From Bacteroidaceae bacterium (GTDB lineage Bacteria; Bacteroidota; Bacteroidia; Bacteroidales; Bacteroidaceae): a stretch of DNA of 64,000 nt. This document shows positions 9,358-19,194 of this stretch, piece after piece. The stretch lies in the NCBI GenBank assembly GCA_017965425.1, contig JAGCPY010000039.1, positions 11,389-75,388 on the forward strand, in the 5' to 3' direction. The position numbers were made by a program, and so were the translations under genes. The notes under the pieces were generated by a model, which did not search any database, was not told the DNA's origin, and saw only the letters and a program-made list of their open reading frames with translations. How positions within the stretch are numbered: the stretch's first letter is position 1; each line of letters starts with the position of its first letter.

Positions 9358-12300
9358 TCAAGTCTGGTTAATGGCGTAGGAAAGCCCTTCCTGACTCTTG
9401 ATGTAGTCGATGAGGTCGCGACGTACATTGATTTGTCGGGCACGGCTTCGCAAGGTCAGGTGCATCTTTCCTTCCGGGTCGAGGATGCGGAAATAGAGAC
9501 TGGTGTTTCCCTTGTTGTTTTTCAGCAGTTCGTCCAGCGAGAGGACGATGTCGTTGTTGAGCCCGCTGAGGGGCAGGGTGATGGTGATGCTCTCGACGAG
9601 CTGGTCTTTCACATTGCTGAGGAACTCGATTTTGCCAATACAGATTTCGATGCGGTTGGCATTGAATTTTCCTGGTTGCACGCGGGCGGTGATGAAAAGC
9701 GTGTTGCCGATGTCCATATAGTTGCACCACGTCGCCCAATCTTGCCCCCACAGCGCCAGCTCATAGCTGCCAGAGAAATCCTCCAAGGTCACAATGCCAT
9801 AAGGTTGTCCGCTTTTCCCGATGCCCTTGCGCTGGGCGGTGACGATGCCTCCGAAAGTAATGTCTTGGTTCAGAAGCCGTTCGCGGTTCGCCAATTCCAC
9901 GACATGCGTGGTGCAGACGTCGTTCAGGATAATGGAGAAATCGTCCAGCGGATGTGCCGAGAGGTAGATGCCAACAAGGTCGCGTTCTTTGTTCAACCGT
10001 TCCAACACGCTCCAGGTTTCAAAGTCCGTGGGGATGGAAGGGGTGGCCACCTCAACAGCGTTAAAGTCGCCGAACAAAGAGCATTCAGCGCTCTGCTTAC
10101 TCTCCTGATAGAGAATCCCGTAACGGACAAGCGTGTCGATGAAAGGTTCTCCCTTTGCATTCGTCGCGAAGAACTGTTCGCGCTGGATGTTCTTGAAGCT
10201 GTCGAGCGCACCGCTGAGCACGAGGCTTTCCATGCCACTGCGCTTGACAGCAGGGATGTTGACGCGCTGAACGAAATCGAAGATACTGGTGAAAGGACCG
10301 TTTTTATCGCGCTCTTGGATGATGGCTTCGACAGCCGTCTCGCCCAAGCCCTTGATGGCACCCAAGCCAAAACGCACATTGCCATCGACATCGACGCTGA
10401 ACTTCTGGCGGCTTTGGTTGATGTCGGGACCGAGTGTACTGATGCCCAAGGCCTTGCACTCGCTCATCAGTTTGGTGATTTCGTTGATGTCGTCGAGGCT
10501 TCGGCTCATGACGGCAGCCATGTATTCGGCAGGGAAGTTGGCTTTGAGCCATGCCGTCTGGTAAGCCACCCAAGAGTAGCAAGTCGCATGGCTCTTGTTG
10601 AAGGCGTAGGAAGCAAACTTCTCCCAGTCGGCCCATATCTTCTCCAGTTTCTTGGGGTCGTGGCCATTGGCCTGCCCTTGCGTGATGAACTGAGGCTTCA
10701 TGTGATCCAGCTTGTCCTTCAGCTTCTTGCCCATTGCCTTGCGCAGGGTGTCGCTCTCGCCTCTGGTGAAGTTGGCCAGTTGGCGTGAAAGCAACATCAC
10801 TTGCTCCTGATAGACCGTGATGCCATAGGTGTCCTTCAGGTACTTTTCCATACAAGGAATGTCGTACTCCACAGGCGCGCGACCTTGTTTGCGTTCTATG
10901 AAGTTGGGAATATAGTCCATCGGTCCAGGCCGGTAGAGGGCGTTCATGGCGATGAGATCCTCAAAAGTCGAGGGCTGCAACTCACGCAGATACTTCTGCA
11001 TACCGGCAGACTCAAACTGAAATGTGCCCACGGTGAGGCCGTCGCAGTACAGCTGGTAGGTGGCCGGGTCTTCGATGTCGATGTGGTCGATGTCCACACA
11101 GATGCCCAGGCTCTCCTTGATGATACTGACGGCTTCCTTGATGATGCTCAACGTCTTCAACCCAAGGAAGTCCATCTTGATCAATCCCGTCTCTTCGATG
11201 ACGGAACCCTCGTACTGGGTGCAGAGCAGCTTTTCACCCGTTTCCTTGTCTTCGGCAGTCGAGACAGGAACCCAGTCGCTGACGTCGTCGCGACAGATGA
11301 TGACGCCGCAGGCGTGTACGCCGGTGTTGCGGACATTGCCCTCGAGCATCTGGGCATAACGGATGGTGTCGCGCATGACTTCATTGGGCGAGGCCGCGGC
11401 TTGTTGCAGTTCGGGCACACAGGCGATGGCATTGGTCAGGTTCATCTTGCGTGGCTTGCCGTCGGGACCATCGGGCAGGCGGTCGGGGATGGTCTTCACG
11501 AGGGCATTGGTCACGTCGAGCGGCAATTTCTGCACCCGGGCCACGTCCTTGAGTGAAGACTTGGTGGCCATCGTGCCGTATGTGATGATGTGTGCCACGT
11601 TCGGCTCGCCATATTTTTGCGTGACCCATGAGAGGACTTTTCCACGCCCGTCGTCGTCGAAGTCAACATCTATATCGGGCAAGGAGATACGGTCTGGGTT
11701 CAAGAAGCGCTCGAACAGAAGGTCATATTTGATGGGATCCACCTTCGTGATTCCCAGGCAATAGGCGACGGCAGAGCCGGCAGCGGAGCCACGGCCAGGG
11801 CCGACACTCACCTTCAGTTCGTAACGGGCGGCATTGATATAGTCCTGCACAATGAGAAAGTATCCCGGGAAACCCATTGTCTTCATGACGTGAAGCTCGA
11901 AGTTCAAACGCTCCTTGATATCCTCGGACAGCGGATCACCATAAATCTTTCGTGCGCCCGCATACGTGAGTTCGGCCAAGTAGTCGGCTTCCAGCTTCAG
12001 GCGGTAGAGCTTATCGACGCCGCCCAGACGCTGCACCTTCTTTTCTGCCTCTTCGCGGGAACAGATGACGTTGCCGTGTTCGTCACGCGTGAACTCCTCG
12101 AAGAGTTCTTCGTCCGTGAACCGCTTGTGGTAGTCTTCTTCCGTACCGAAACTCTCCGGGATGGGAAAGTTTGGCATGATGGGGCCGTGGTCGATGCTGT
12201 AAACCTCCACCTTGTCAAGCACTTCGCAGGTGTTGGCCAGCGCTTCCGGCACGTCGGAGAAGATCTCATTCATCTCGGCACGGGTCTTGAACCATTCCTG

Positions 12301-13086
12301 CTTAGAATAGAGCATACGCTTGGGGTCGTCGAGGTCGCGTGCGGTTCCAAGGCAGATGAGCCGGTCGTGTGCTTCGGCGTTCTCTTCGTCAACGAAATGA
12401 ACGTCGTTCGAGCAGATGACCTTCACGCCAAGTTTGCGGGCCAGTTCCATAATCACCTTATTCACCTGCTGTTGCAGAGGATAGGTTTCGCGGTTAGCGC
12501 GCTGGCTGGGGTTGCGCACCTCATGACGTTGCATCTCCAAGTAGTAGTCGTCGCCGAAGACACGCTTATACCACAGGATGCGCTCCTCTGCTCCGGCGAT
12601 GTCACCCTTCAAGATCAGACGGGGTATCTCGCCTGCCAGACAGGCGGAACAGACAATCAGTCCCTCGGCATGTTTCTCAAGCTCGTCGTGGTCGGTGCGT
12701 GGACGCGTGTAGAAACCATCAACCCATGACTTCGACACCAGCTTGATGAGATTGTGGTAGCCTTTCTCGTTCTTAGCCAGCACGATAAGGTGATAGCGGT
12801 TGTTGTCGCCACGGTCCTTGTCCTTATCATAGAGCGTGCGTTCTGCCACATACATTTCGCAGCCGAAGATGGGCTTGAAAGGGGGCTTCCCTTCTTCTTT
12901 CAGGGCTTTATTCTTCTTTGTGACATAATTGAAATATTCCTTCACGCCCATCATGTTGCCGTGGTCGGTGATGGCCATGCCCCGCATTCCGTCCTTGAGG
13001 GCCTTTTCCACCAACTTCGGGATGCTGGCTTGTCCGTCGAGGAGAGAGTATTGTGTATGGACGTGAAGATGAACGAAGTCCTGCAT
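9358..13086 (-). CDS. dnaE: DNA polymerase III alpha subunit
   Basis: The PHP domain start [18 protein letters not shown] sets the start at the internal Met. Other motifs: [23 protein letters not shown], and a C-terminal OB fold. Confidence 0.95.
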   Translation of the reverse strand: MQDFVHLHVHTQYSLLDGQASIPKLVEKALKDGMRGMAITDHGNMMGVKEYFNYVTKKNKALKEEGKPPFKPIFGCEMYVAERTLYDKDKDRGDNNRYHLIVLAKNEKGYHNLIKLVSKSWVDGFYTRPRTDHDELEKHAEGLIVCSACLAGEIPRLILKGDIAGAEERILWYKRVFGDDYYLEMQRHEVRNPSQRANRETYPLQQQVNKVIMELARKLGVKVICSNDVHFVDEENAEAHDRLICLGTARDLDDPKRMLYSKQEWFKTRAEMNEIFSDVPEALANTCEVLDKVEVYSIDHGPIMPNFPIPESFGTEEDYHKRFTDEELFEEFTRDEHGNVICSREEAEKKVQRLGGVDKLYRLKLEADYLAELTYAGARKIYGDPLSEDIKERLNFELHVMKTMGFPGYFLIVQDYINAARYELKVSVGPGRGSAAGSAVAYCLGITKVDPIKYDLLFERFLNPDRISLPDIDVDFDDDGRGKVLSWVTQKYGEPNVAHIITYGTMATKSSLKDVARVQKLPLDVTNALVKTIPDRLPDGPDGKPRKMNLTNAIACVPELQQAAASPNEVMRDTIRYAQMLEGNVRNTGVHACGVIICRDDVSDWVPVSTAEDKETGEKLLCTQYEGSVIEETGLIKMDFLGLKTLSIIKEAVSIIKESLGICVDIDHIDIEDPATYQLYCDGLTVGTFQFESAGMQKYLRELQPSTFEDLIAMNALYRPGPMDYIPNFIERKQGRAPVEYDIPCMEKYLKDTYGITVYQEQVMLLSRQLANFTRGESDTLRKAMGKKLKDKLDHMKPQFITQGQANGHDPKKLEKIWADWEKFASYAFNKSHATCYSWVAYQTAWLKANFPAEYMAAVMSRSLDDINEITKLMSECKALGISTLGPDINQSRQKFSVDVDGNVRFGLGAIKGLGETAVEAIIQERDKNGPFTSIFDFVQRVNIPAVKRSGMESLVLSGALDSFKNIQREQFFATNAKGEPFIDTLVRYGILYQESKQSAECSLFGDFNAVEVATPSIPTDFETWSVLERLNKERDLVGIYLSAHPLDDFSIILNDVCTTHVVELANRERLLNQDITFGGIVTAQRKGIGKSGQPYGIVTLEDFSGSYELALWGQDWATWCNYMDIGNTLFITARVQPGKFNANRIEICIGKIEFLSNVKDQLVESITITLPLSGLNNDIVLSLDELLKNNKGNTSLYFRILDPEGKMHLTLRSRARQINVRRDLIDYIKSQEGLSYAINQT

Positions 13087-13188
13087 GTTTGTATATACAA
13101 TATGTGCGAAAACGGCGATAAAAGTACAATTCTTTCCTTGAATGACCAAAAAAGAAGCGTTTTTTTTTGCGCCTTATCAAATTATCAC

Positions 13189-13196
13189 TACTTTTG
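13189..13196 (+). promoter_or_regulatory. -7 box upstream of psd
   Basis: TACTTTTG lies 41 nt upstream of the ATG at 13237. Confidence 0.4.
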
Positions 13197-13236
13197 TCGT
13201 GCAAAAGCGAACATTCACGGTCAAAAAGACAAGAAA

Positions 13237-13941
13237 ATGGTGAAGCGTTTGAAAAAACTGAAAAAGAATATACGATTTCATAGTGAGGGTACTGAGACAC
13301 TCTTCTTAGGTGCCTTGGTGCTCGTTGCCCTCTGTGCATTGTTTGGCGTAGCCTTCGGCTATGGGAGCATTCCCTTCTGGATCATCGTGGCCTTCTCAAC
13401 TGCCATTTATTTGGTGGTAGTCAATTTCTTCCGTTGTCCAATCAGGTTGTTCCAAGGCGACACGGACGGCATTGTCGTGGCTCCCGCCGACGGGAAAGTT
13501 GTCGTCGTTGAAGAGGTGGATGAGAACGAGTATTTCCATGACCGCCGACTGATGATCAGCATCTTCATGAGCGTGTTCAACGTCCATGCCAACTGGATTC
13601 CCGTAGATGGCGTCATCACCAAGAAGGAACATCACAACGGCCGCTTCATGGCCGCTTGGCTGCCAAAGGCCAGCACCGATAACGAGCGCTCCACAGTGGT
13701 CATCGAAACGCCATCGGGCACCGAGGTTTTGGTGCGTCAGGTGGCTGGTGCCGTCGCCCGCCGCATCGTCACCTATCCCGCTGTGGGTGAGGAGTGTTTC
13801 ATCGACGAGCACATGGGATTCATCAAGTTCGGTTCGCGCGTCGATGTCTATTTGCCCCTTGGCACCCAACCGCTCGTACATGTTGATCAGCGCACCACCG
13901 GCAACGAAACCATTCTGGCGAAACTAGAAACCGAAGGATAG
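13237..13941 (+). CDS. psd: Phosphatidylserine decarboxylase family protein (short form)
   Basis: The true start is the internal Met (MVKRLKKL...), because the upstream part of the tracked ORF overlaps dnaE. It has two N-terminal TM helices and a processing-site-like FGSRVD. Confidence 0.85.
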   Translation: MVKRLKKLKKNIRFHSEGTETLFLGALVLVALCALFGVAFGYGSIPFWIIVAFSTAIYLVVVNFFRCPIRLFQGDTDGIVVAPADGKVVVVEEVDENEYFHDRRLMISIFMSVFNVHANWIPVDGVITKKEHHNGRFMAAWLPKASTDNERSTVVIETPSGTEVLVRQVAGAVARRIVTYPAVGEECFIDEHMGFIKFGSRVDVYLPLGTQPLVHVDQRTTGNETILAKLETEG

Positions 13942-13999
13942 AATCTTGTCCGCTCGCCACTTCTCACTCTAACTTTTATCACACACACTCTCTTCCCCA

Positions 14000-14692
14000 A
14001 TGCTTCTCAACTTCCCTAACGCCCTGACCTGTTGCAATCTCATTTGCGGTTGCATGGCCACGGGCGCCGCTTTTCATGGCCATTTCACCTGGGCACTGGC
14101 GATGATTGTCGCGGGTGCCGTCTTTGATTTCTTCGACGGCATGGCCGCCCGCGCCCTCGGCATCAGTTCTCCCATTGGCAAGGAACTCGACTCGCTGGCC
14201 GACGTCGTCACCTTCGGCGTGGCACCTTCAGCCATGCTCTTCCAGCTGTTCGGGATGGTTCAATACCCCGTCTGGATGCAGTCCTTGGCCCCCTATCTGC
14301 CCTACACAGCCTTCCTCATGGCAGCCTTCTCGGCCTTGAGGCTGGCCAAGTTCAACCTCGACACGCGACAGGCCACCAGCTTCATCGGCCTGCCAACGCC
14401 TGCCAACGCCCTCTTCTGGAGCGCACTCATCGTGGGCGAACTGCCCTTCCTGTGTTCGCCACGTTTCAATGCCCTGTTCCTCTTTCTGTTCATGCTGGCG
14501 TTCAGCTTCTTCCTCATCGCCGAAGTCCCCCTCTTCGCCTTGAAGTTCAAGAGCCTCTCATGGGCAGACAACAAGGTCAAATACATCTTCCTTCTCGGCT
14601 CGGTCGCCTTCCTGCCACTGGGCATCACCGCCATCCCCTGCATCATCCTCTGGTACATCGTCCTCTCGTTGGTGGCATGGAAAATCAAGTGA
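14000..14692 (+). CDS. pssA: CDP-diacylglycerol-serine O-phosphatidyltransferase
   Basis: Carries the CDP-alcohol phosphatidyltransferase motif DFFDGMAARALGISSPIGKELDSLADVV. It is a multi-pass membrane protein and sits next to psd. Confidence 0.85.
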   Translation: MLLNFPNALTCCNLICGCMATGAAFHGHFTWALAMIVAGAVFDFFDGMAARALGISSPIGKELDSLADVVTFGVAPSAMLFQLFGMVQYPVWMQSLAPYLPYTAFLMAAFSALRLAKFNLDTRQATSFIGLPTPANALFWSALIVGELPFLCSPRFNALFLFLFMLAFSFFLIAEVPLFALKFKSLSWADNKVKYIFLLGSVAFLPLGITAIPCIILWYIVLSLVAWKIK

Positions 14693-14793
14693 AGAGCCAC
14701 AAGGTTCCTCCTCCAGCCATTCTCCTTGAAAGAGAAGAATAGACACCCGACACTCATCTCAATCATTTATTATCAATAGAACCCGTCTTCATT

Positions 14794-15543
14794 ATGGAAA
14801 AGAATACTGTCTGCTCAGCAGCAAGCGCTTCCAGCCCTCGCTTCAAGAGGATTCTCCTCAAGCTCTCGGGCGAAAGCCTCATGGGAGAACAGCGCTACGG
14901 CATCGACGAGCATCGTCTGGCCGACTACGCACAACAAATCAAGGACATCCACGACATGGGCGTTCAGATTGGCATCGTCATCGGCGGCGGCAACATCTTC
15001 CGCGGCCTCAGCGGAGCCGGCAAGGGCTTCGACCGCGTCAAGGGCGACCAGATGGGCATGTGCGCCACGGTCATCAACTCCCTCGGACTCAGCTCTGCCC
15101 TTGGCGCCATCGGCGTGCCCAGCCGCGTGTTCACGGCCATCCGCATGGAACCCATCGGTGAGTTCTACAGCAAGTGGAAGGCCATTGAAGCCCTCGAACG
15201 CGGAGAGGTGGCCATCATGAGTGGCGGAACCGGCAACCCCTACTTCACCACAGATACCGGCTCCTCCCTGCGAGGCATCGAAATCGAGGCCGATGTCATG
15301 CTCAAGGGCACGCGCGTCGATGGCGTCTATACCGCTGACCCCGAGAAAGACCCGACGGCGACCAAGTTCACCGACATCTCTTTCGATGAGATTTACAACC
15401 GAGGACTGAAAGTCATGGATCTCACAGCCACCACCATGTGCAAGGAAAACGACCTGCCTATCTACGTCTTCAACATGGACATCTACGGCAACCTCGCTCG
15501 CGTCATGGCCGGTGAACCCATCGGCACCCTCGTCCACAAATAA
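14794..15543 (+). CDS. pyrH: UMP kinase
   Basis: Motifs KRILLKLSGESLMG, VIGGGNIFRG and SGGTGNPYFTTD. Confidence 0.9.
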   Translation: MEKNTVCSAASASSPRFKRILLKLSGESLMGEQRYGIDEHRLADYAQQIKDIHDMGVQIGIVIGGGNIFRGLSGAGKGFDRVKGDQMGMCATVINSLGLSSALGAIGVPSRVFTAIRMEPIGEFYSKWKAIEALERGEVAIMSGGTGNPYFTTDTGSSLRGIEIEADVMLKGTRVDGVYTADPEKDPTATKFTDISFDEIYNRGLKVMDLTATTMCKENDLPIYVFNMDIYGNLARVMAGEPIGTLVHK

Positions 15544-15575
15544 TCAACTTCAAGGTTTTACGGCCACACATTCTT

Positions 15576-15663
15576 GTGTACACCTCCCTTTGTGAAGGTG
15601 TACGCCTTTCCCCACAAACGTGTACACCTTCCACGCGGAACGTGTACACGTTCTGTTTTCCGT
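15576..15663. repeat. Array of four phased 22-bp repeats (family R1)
   Basis: GTGTAC(A/G)C cores sit at 15576, 15598, 15620 and 15642, exactly 22 bp apart. Junctions form palindromes such as GAACGTGTACACGTTC. Confidence 0.85.
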
Positions 15664-15706
15664 CGCTCCGTGTTCTTCACCCTTCGTTCTTGCCTTTTTC
15701 GCAAAA

Positions 15707-15802
15707 CCCTCACCATCCCTCACCAATCCCTCACCAATCCCTCACCTGTATTCTGTTCACGTTCAGTCGCTTATCTGAAAAGGTGAGGGATTGAGGGTTT
15801 TT
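15707..15802. repeat. CCCTCACC hairpin element (family R2), terminator-like
   Basis: CCCTCACC(a/at)n tandem copies ending in CCCTCACCT, then a 33-nt loop, then AGGTGAGGGATTGAGGGTTTTT. It lies downstream of pyrH. Confidence 0.8.
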
Positions 15803-15870
15803 CGTGTAAAAAACAAGGAGTAGAGAGGGAGGAGGGCATGAATAGGCCTGCAACAGACACCATCTGACCC

Positions 15871-16539
15871 TCACAATTTCCGAATCAACGTGAGACCGTC
15901 GCGCAGCGGCAAGATGACACGCTCCACGGCAGGGTCGGTGGCTACGAGGTCGTTGAAAGCTATGATGCCCTGTGTTTGAGCATCTTTTCCGTTAAGCGGC
16001 TGGTCCGCGACACATCTCTCCGCATCTTCGACCACATGCCCGTCCCATAGCGTGTTGTCGGCTATGATGAAGCCGCCAGGACACACACGAGGCAGGACCG
16101 CACGATAGTAATCGACGTAGTGACGCTTGTCTGCATCCATGAAAACAAGGTCGAAAGAGCCGTCCATCATTTGCAACTTATCGTTCGCCAGCAACTCCAA
16201 CGCATCGCCAATATAGAACCTGATCTTCTCTGCCCAAGGCGAGTTCTCAATCCACGGTCGCGTGAAGTCCTCCTGTTCATCGTTGATCTCGATGGTATGC
16301 AACACGCCATCAGGTTCGAGCGCACTGGCCATGCTTAGTGCACTGTAACCGGTGAAGGTGCCGATCTCAAGTACCTTCTTAGGACGAATCATGTGGACAA
16401 GCATCCGCAGTACACACCCTTGCAGATGGCCACTTGCCATGCGGGGATAGTTCAAGTGCAGATGGGTCGCCCGCCAAAGTGCGTGCAGGTACTCAGGCTC
16501 AGGGTCGATGTGAGAAAGTATGTAATCGTCAAGAGACAT
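15871..16539 (-). CDS. Class I SAM-dependent O-methyltransferase (caffeoyl-CoA OMT-like)
   Basis: LEIGTFTGYSAL SAM-binding motif, FDLVFMDADK, and IIADNTLW. Confidence 0.8.
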   Translation of the reverse strand: MSLDDYILSHIDPEPEYLHALWRATHLHLNYPRMASGHLQGCVLRMLVHMIRPKKVLEIGTFTGYSALSMASALEPDGVLHTIEINDEQEDFTRPWIENSPWAEKIRFYIGDALELLANDKLQMMDGSFDLVFMDADKRHYVDYYRAVLPRVCPGGFIIADNTLWDGHVVEDAERCVADQPLNGKDAQTQGIIAFNDLVATDPAVERVILPLRDGLTLIRKL

Positions 16540-16954
16540 GAATAATCCCTTCCACCGCCAGGCGATAGCTGTCTAAGCCGAAGCCACAAACGACACCACG
16601 GCAGGCAGCACTGATGAGGCTGCGGTGGCGGAACTCTTCACGCTGGTGGACGTTGGAGATATGCACCTCCACGGCAGGAGCAGGCACCGCCTTGAGCGCA
16701 TCGTGAAGGGCAATACTGGTATGAGTGTAGGCTCCGGCATTCAGGACGATGCCGTCCACGTCAAAGCCACAGCGATGGATGCAATCGATGAGATCGCCCT
16801 CATGGTTGCTCTGGAAATAGTCGAGATGCACATCGGGAAACGCTGCACGCAACTCGTCAAGATAGTCTTCGAAGGAACGGGCACCGTAGATGCCTGGCTC
16901 TCGACGACCCAGGAGATTCAGGTTCGGACCATTGATGATTTGAATTTTCTTCAT
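16529..16954 (-). CDS. aroQ: Type II 3-dehydroquinate dehydratase
   Basis: MKKIQIINGPNLNLLGRREPGIYG, NHEG and HISNVHQREEFRH. Its 3' end overlaps the OMT start by 11 nt. Confidence 0.9.
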   Translation of the reverse strand: MKKIQIINGPNLNLLGRREPGIYGARSFEDYLDELRAAFPDVHLDYFQSNHEGDLIDCIHRCGFDVDGIVLNAGAYTHTSIALHDALKAVPAPAVEVHISNVHQREEFRHRSLISAACRGVVCGFGLDSYRLAVEGIIHVS

Positions 16955-16964
16955 GAGGGCAGTC

Positions 16965-17930
16965 TTATTGGTTACGGTTAATCACAAAATCAAGGTAGAG
17001 GGCAAGAGCATCAGCCACCTCGCGGTCACGGAGGTGAGTGAGTTGCGCCATCGCTTCCGTCCGCAGACGTTGCATCTCAGCATTGGCATAGTCAATGCCG
17101 CCACGAGCTACCGCAAAGTCAACGAGCTCCTGCATCTCATCGTGAGAAGCTTCAAGTCTTCGCACCTTCAACGCCAAGGCTCGGTGAGCCTCGTCTGCAC
17201 CGCGCAGGGCATACAGCACGGGCAGCGTCAGTTTGCCCTCGCACATGTCATTGCCCTTGGGCTTGCCAGCATCGGACGTCGCCTGGAAGTCAAACACATC
17301 GTCACGCATCTGGAAGCAAAGACCCGTCAGATGGCCAAAGCGCTCCAGACAATCGGCCACCTCCTCATCCGCACCGCCCAGACGAGCACCCAGACGGGCG
17401 CACGTGGCAAAGAGGGCAGCAGTTTTCTTTGAGATGACTTCATAATAGGTGGCTTCCTCGAACGTCGTACGTTGCGTGACATCCAGTTGAAGAAGCTCTC
17501 CATCCGCCAATTCCTGACCAAGCCATGCCATTCGTCCAACCGCCTCCAACGAAGCCGTCCGCGTAATGGCCAAGAGAGCCGTCGAGGTGATGAAGTCACC
17601 AACCAACACTGCGGCCTTGTTGTCGAACAACGCATTCACCGAACGCTGGCCACGGCGCATGTTGCTCTCGTCAACGACGTCGTCATGCACCAAGCTCGCC
17701 GTATGCAGCATTTCCAACCCCGCTGCCACGTGCAAGGCCGGCTCTGAAACGGCTCCGCCCTCGCGGGCACACAAAAGGACAAGCGTGGGACGCAACATCT
17801 TACCCGCCTTGCGAGTCACATGGTTCAACGCTGCCGAAAGCAACGGATTCGCTGACTGCAAGTAGGAACGGAAAAGACTGGCATACCTCTCCAGTTCCGC
17901 ATGAATGGGTTGTTGGATAGCCTGAAGCAT
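16965..17930 (-). CDS. Polyprenyl diphosphate synthase (trans-IPPS, octaprenyl/heptaprenyl type)
   Basis: The two Asp-rich motifs LVHDDVVDES and FQMRDDVFD. Confidence 0.85.
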   Translation of the reverse strand: MLQAIQQPIHAELERYASLFRSYLQSANPLLSAALNHVTRKAGKMLRPTLVLLCAREGGAVSEPALHVAAGLEMLHTASLVHDDVVDESNMRRGQRSVNALFDNKAAVLVGDFITSTALLAITRTASLEAVGRMAWLGQELADGELLQLDVTQRTTFEEATYYEVISKKTAALFATCARLGARLGGADEEVADCLERFGHLTGLCFQMRDDVFDFQATSDAGKPKGNDMCEGKLTLPVLYALRGADEAHRALALKVRRLEASHDEMQELVDFAVARGGIDYANAEMQRLRTEAMAQLTHLRDREVADALALYLDFVINRNQ

Positions 17931-18065
17931 ATTTCGGGCACAAAGGTACAGAAAAGTTCAGAGTTTGTGGCGGAGAGACGAGAGAAAAACACCGGTAAAC
18001 ACAAAAAAGTGCACGTTTTTAACCTAATTCACGCTACTCTCCACCCTAAATTCTAAACTTTTTCC

Positions 18066-18073
18066 TACCTTTG
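18066..18073 (+). promoter_or_regulatory. -7 box upstream of the radical SAM gene
   Basis: TACCTTTG lies 9 nt upstream of the ATG at 18082, giving a near-leaderless transcript. Confidence 0.4.
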
Positions 18074-18081
18074 CGTCCGTT

Positions 18082-18861
18082 ATGGCAACAGTTATCTATC
18101 CTTCGCCCATCTTCGGGCCTATACACAGCCGACGCCTCGGCGTCTCGCTCGGTATCAATCTCCTGCCGGCTGACGGCAAAGTGTGCTCCTTCGACTGCAT
18201 CTATTGCGAATGCGGCCTGAATGCCTGGCACCGCCCACATCTGAAAATGCCCACACGCGAAGAGGTGCATAACGCCCTCGAAGAACGCTTGCAGCAGATG
18301 AAAGCCCAAGGTCCAAAACCTGACGTGCTGACATTCGCCGGCAACGGAGAACCCACCTTGCATCCTTCGTTCCCGGAAATCATTGAAGACACCATCAAGC
18401 TGAGGAACAGCTACTTTCCCGAAGCGCGTATCAGTGTTCTCAGCAACGCCACGCAGATCCTACGCCCTACCGTACACCAAGCCCTCATGCGCGTGGACAA
18501 TAATATATTAAAGCTGGACACCGTTGATGCCCAGTTCATTCGCGCTGTCGATCGTCCGAACGCCGCTTACGACGTCCACGCCATCATCGAAGGCCTAAAG
18601 GCTTTTGACGGTCACGTCATCATACAGACCATGTTCCTCTCTGGCACTGATTCCGATGGCCACGATGTCACAAACACAGCCGACCACTTCGTACGTCCTT
18701 GGCTCGACGCCCTTCAGGAAATCCGTCCCGAACGGGTAATGATTTACACGATTGACCGTGAGACACCTATCCGCACGCTGTTCAAGGCTTCACCCGAAGT
18801 GCTCGATGCCATCGCAGAACGGGTTCGGCAGTTGGGATTCGACTGTTCAGTGGCGTACTGA
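18082..18861 (+). CDS. Radical SAM protein of unknown function
   Basis: CxxxCxxC cluster CSFDCIYC near the N-terminus, and GNGEPTL. No SPASM-like C-terminal Cys cluster. Confidence 0.75.
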   Translation: MATVIYPSPIFGPIHSRRLGVSLGINLLPADGKVCSFDCIYCECGLNAWHRPHLKMPTREEVHNALEERLQQMKAQGPKPDVLTFAGNGEPTLHPSFPEIIEDTIKLRNSYFPEARISVLSNATQILRPTVHQALMRVDNNILKLDTVDAQFIRAVDRPNAAYDVHAIIEGLKAFDGHVIIQTMFLSGTDSDGHDVTNTADHFVRPWLDALQEIRPERVMIYTIDRETPIRTLFKASPEVLDAIAERVRQLGFDCSVAY

Positions 18862-18924
18862 CCACAAGGAATATTACCTGATAGATATAGGTACTATCAT
18901 TCGTTCCAAAAGTGTACAGACATG

Positions 18925-18957
18925 GAGAAGGGTGCGTCTTGATGGCGCACCCTTCTC
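18925..18957. terminator. Hairpin between convergent genes (possible bidirectional terminator)
   Basis: A 12-bp perfect stem GAGAAGGGTGCG / CGCACCCTTCTC with a 9-nt loop. There is no clear U-tract. Confidence 0.45.
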
Positions 18958-18986
18958 TCTATCATGATGGATGAAGAATCAAAGGT

Positions 18987-19139
18987 TTATTCTTCCTCTT
19001 CCCAGATGTCACCCCAGGCATTTTCTTTGCCGAGGACATCGGAATTGTCAGCTTTACCATCCATGAGGGAAATGGCAATCATGTTCTGAGCTGTTACGTT
19101 CTGCACTTCGAGGGCAGGAGTCATATAGTTCTTTTTCAT
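18987..19139 (-). CDS. Mini-ORF P3 (50 aa), paralog of P1/P2
   Basis: MKKNYMTPALEVQNVTAQNMIAISLMDGKADNSDVLGKENAWGDIWEEEE. The start is set at the internal MKK by analogy with P2. It lies 55 nt downstream of protein A. Confidence 0.6.
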   Translation of the reverse strand: MKKNYMTPALEVQNVTAQNMIAISLMDGKADNSDVLGKENAWGDIWEEEE

Positions 19140-19194
19140 AGTCGTATTCGATGATGAATAGTGAATTATAAAGTTCTTATTCTCAGATTGTGCA

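Noticed and set aside
9295-10788. Other long antisense or shadow ORFs, e.g. 9295-10788(+), 22558-23616(+), 23947-25362(+), 30776-32380(+), 33431-34396(+), 6346-7101(-), 14815-15537(-)
   Set aside because: Each lies fully inside a confidently identified gene on the other strand (dnaE, proteins B and C, GH76, the TonB-dependent receptor, pyrH). None shows recognisable motifs.
12754-13236. N-terminal extensions of tracked ORFs (psd 12754-13236, VTC 3360-3476, lipoprotein 5680-5862, DUF2490 1792-1869, frr 3465-3533, GH43 55756-55863, protein D 57153-57239, dnaE 13087-13149)
   Set aside because: Internal Met codons give proper signal peptides or conserved protein N-termini and lie downstream of TAnnTTTG boxes. 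The extensions overlap neighbouring genes or promoter sequence.
15576-15663. 22-bp direct repeats read as plasmid-type iterons or a replication origin
   Set aside because: The 22-bp phasing is iteron-like. But five copies are scattered over 64 kb of chromosomal housekeeping and PUL sequence, with no rep gene, DnaA-box cluster or AT-rich unwinding element seen next to them.
15574-15794. Small ORFs translated from repeat DNA (15574-15794, 26809-27135, 51458-51802, 60289-60535)
   Set aside because: They are composed of R1 and R2 repeat units (products such as PSPIPHQSLT or VYTFCFPS). They have no start context and overlap one another in different frames.
18082-18861. Radical SAM gene as a maturase for the mini-ORF peptides (a RiPP cluster)
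   Set aside because: The gene is convergent to P3 and separated from it by a hairpin. It has its own promoter box and lacks a SPASM or RiPP-recognition-like extension. The peptides have no Cys and no obvious leader/core cleavage motif, and P1 and P2 are far from it. I kept it as a plain radical SAM gene.
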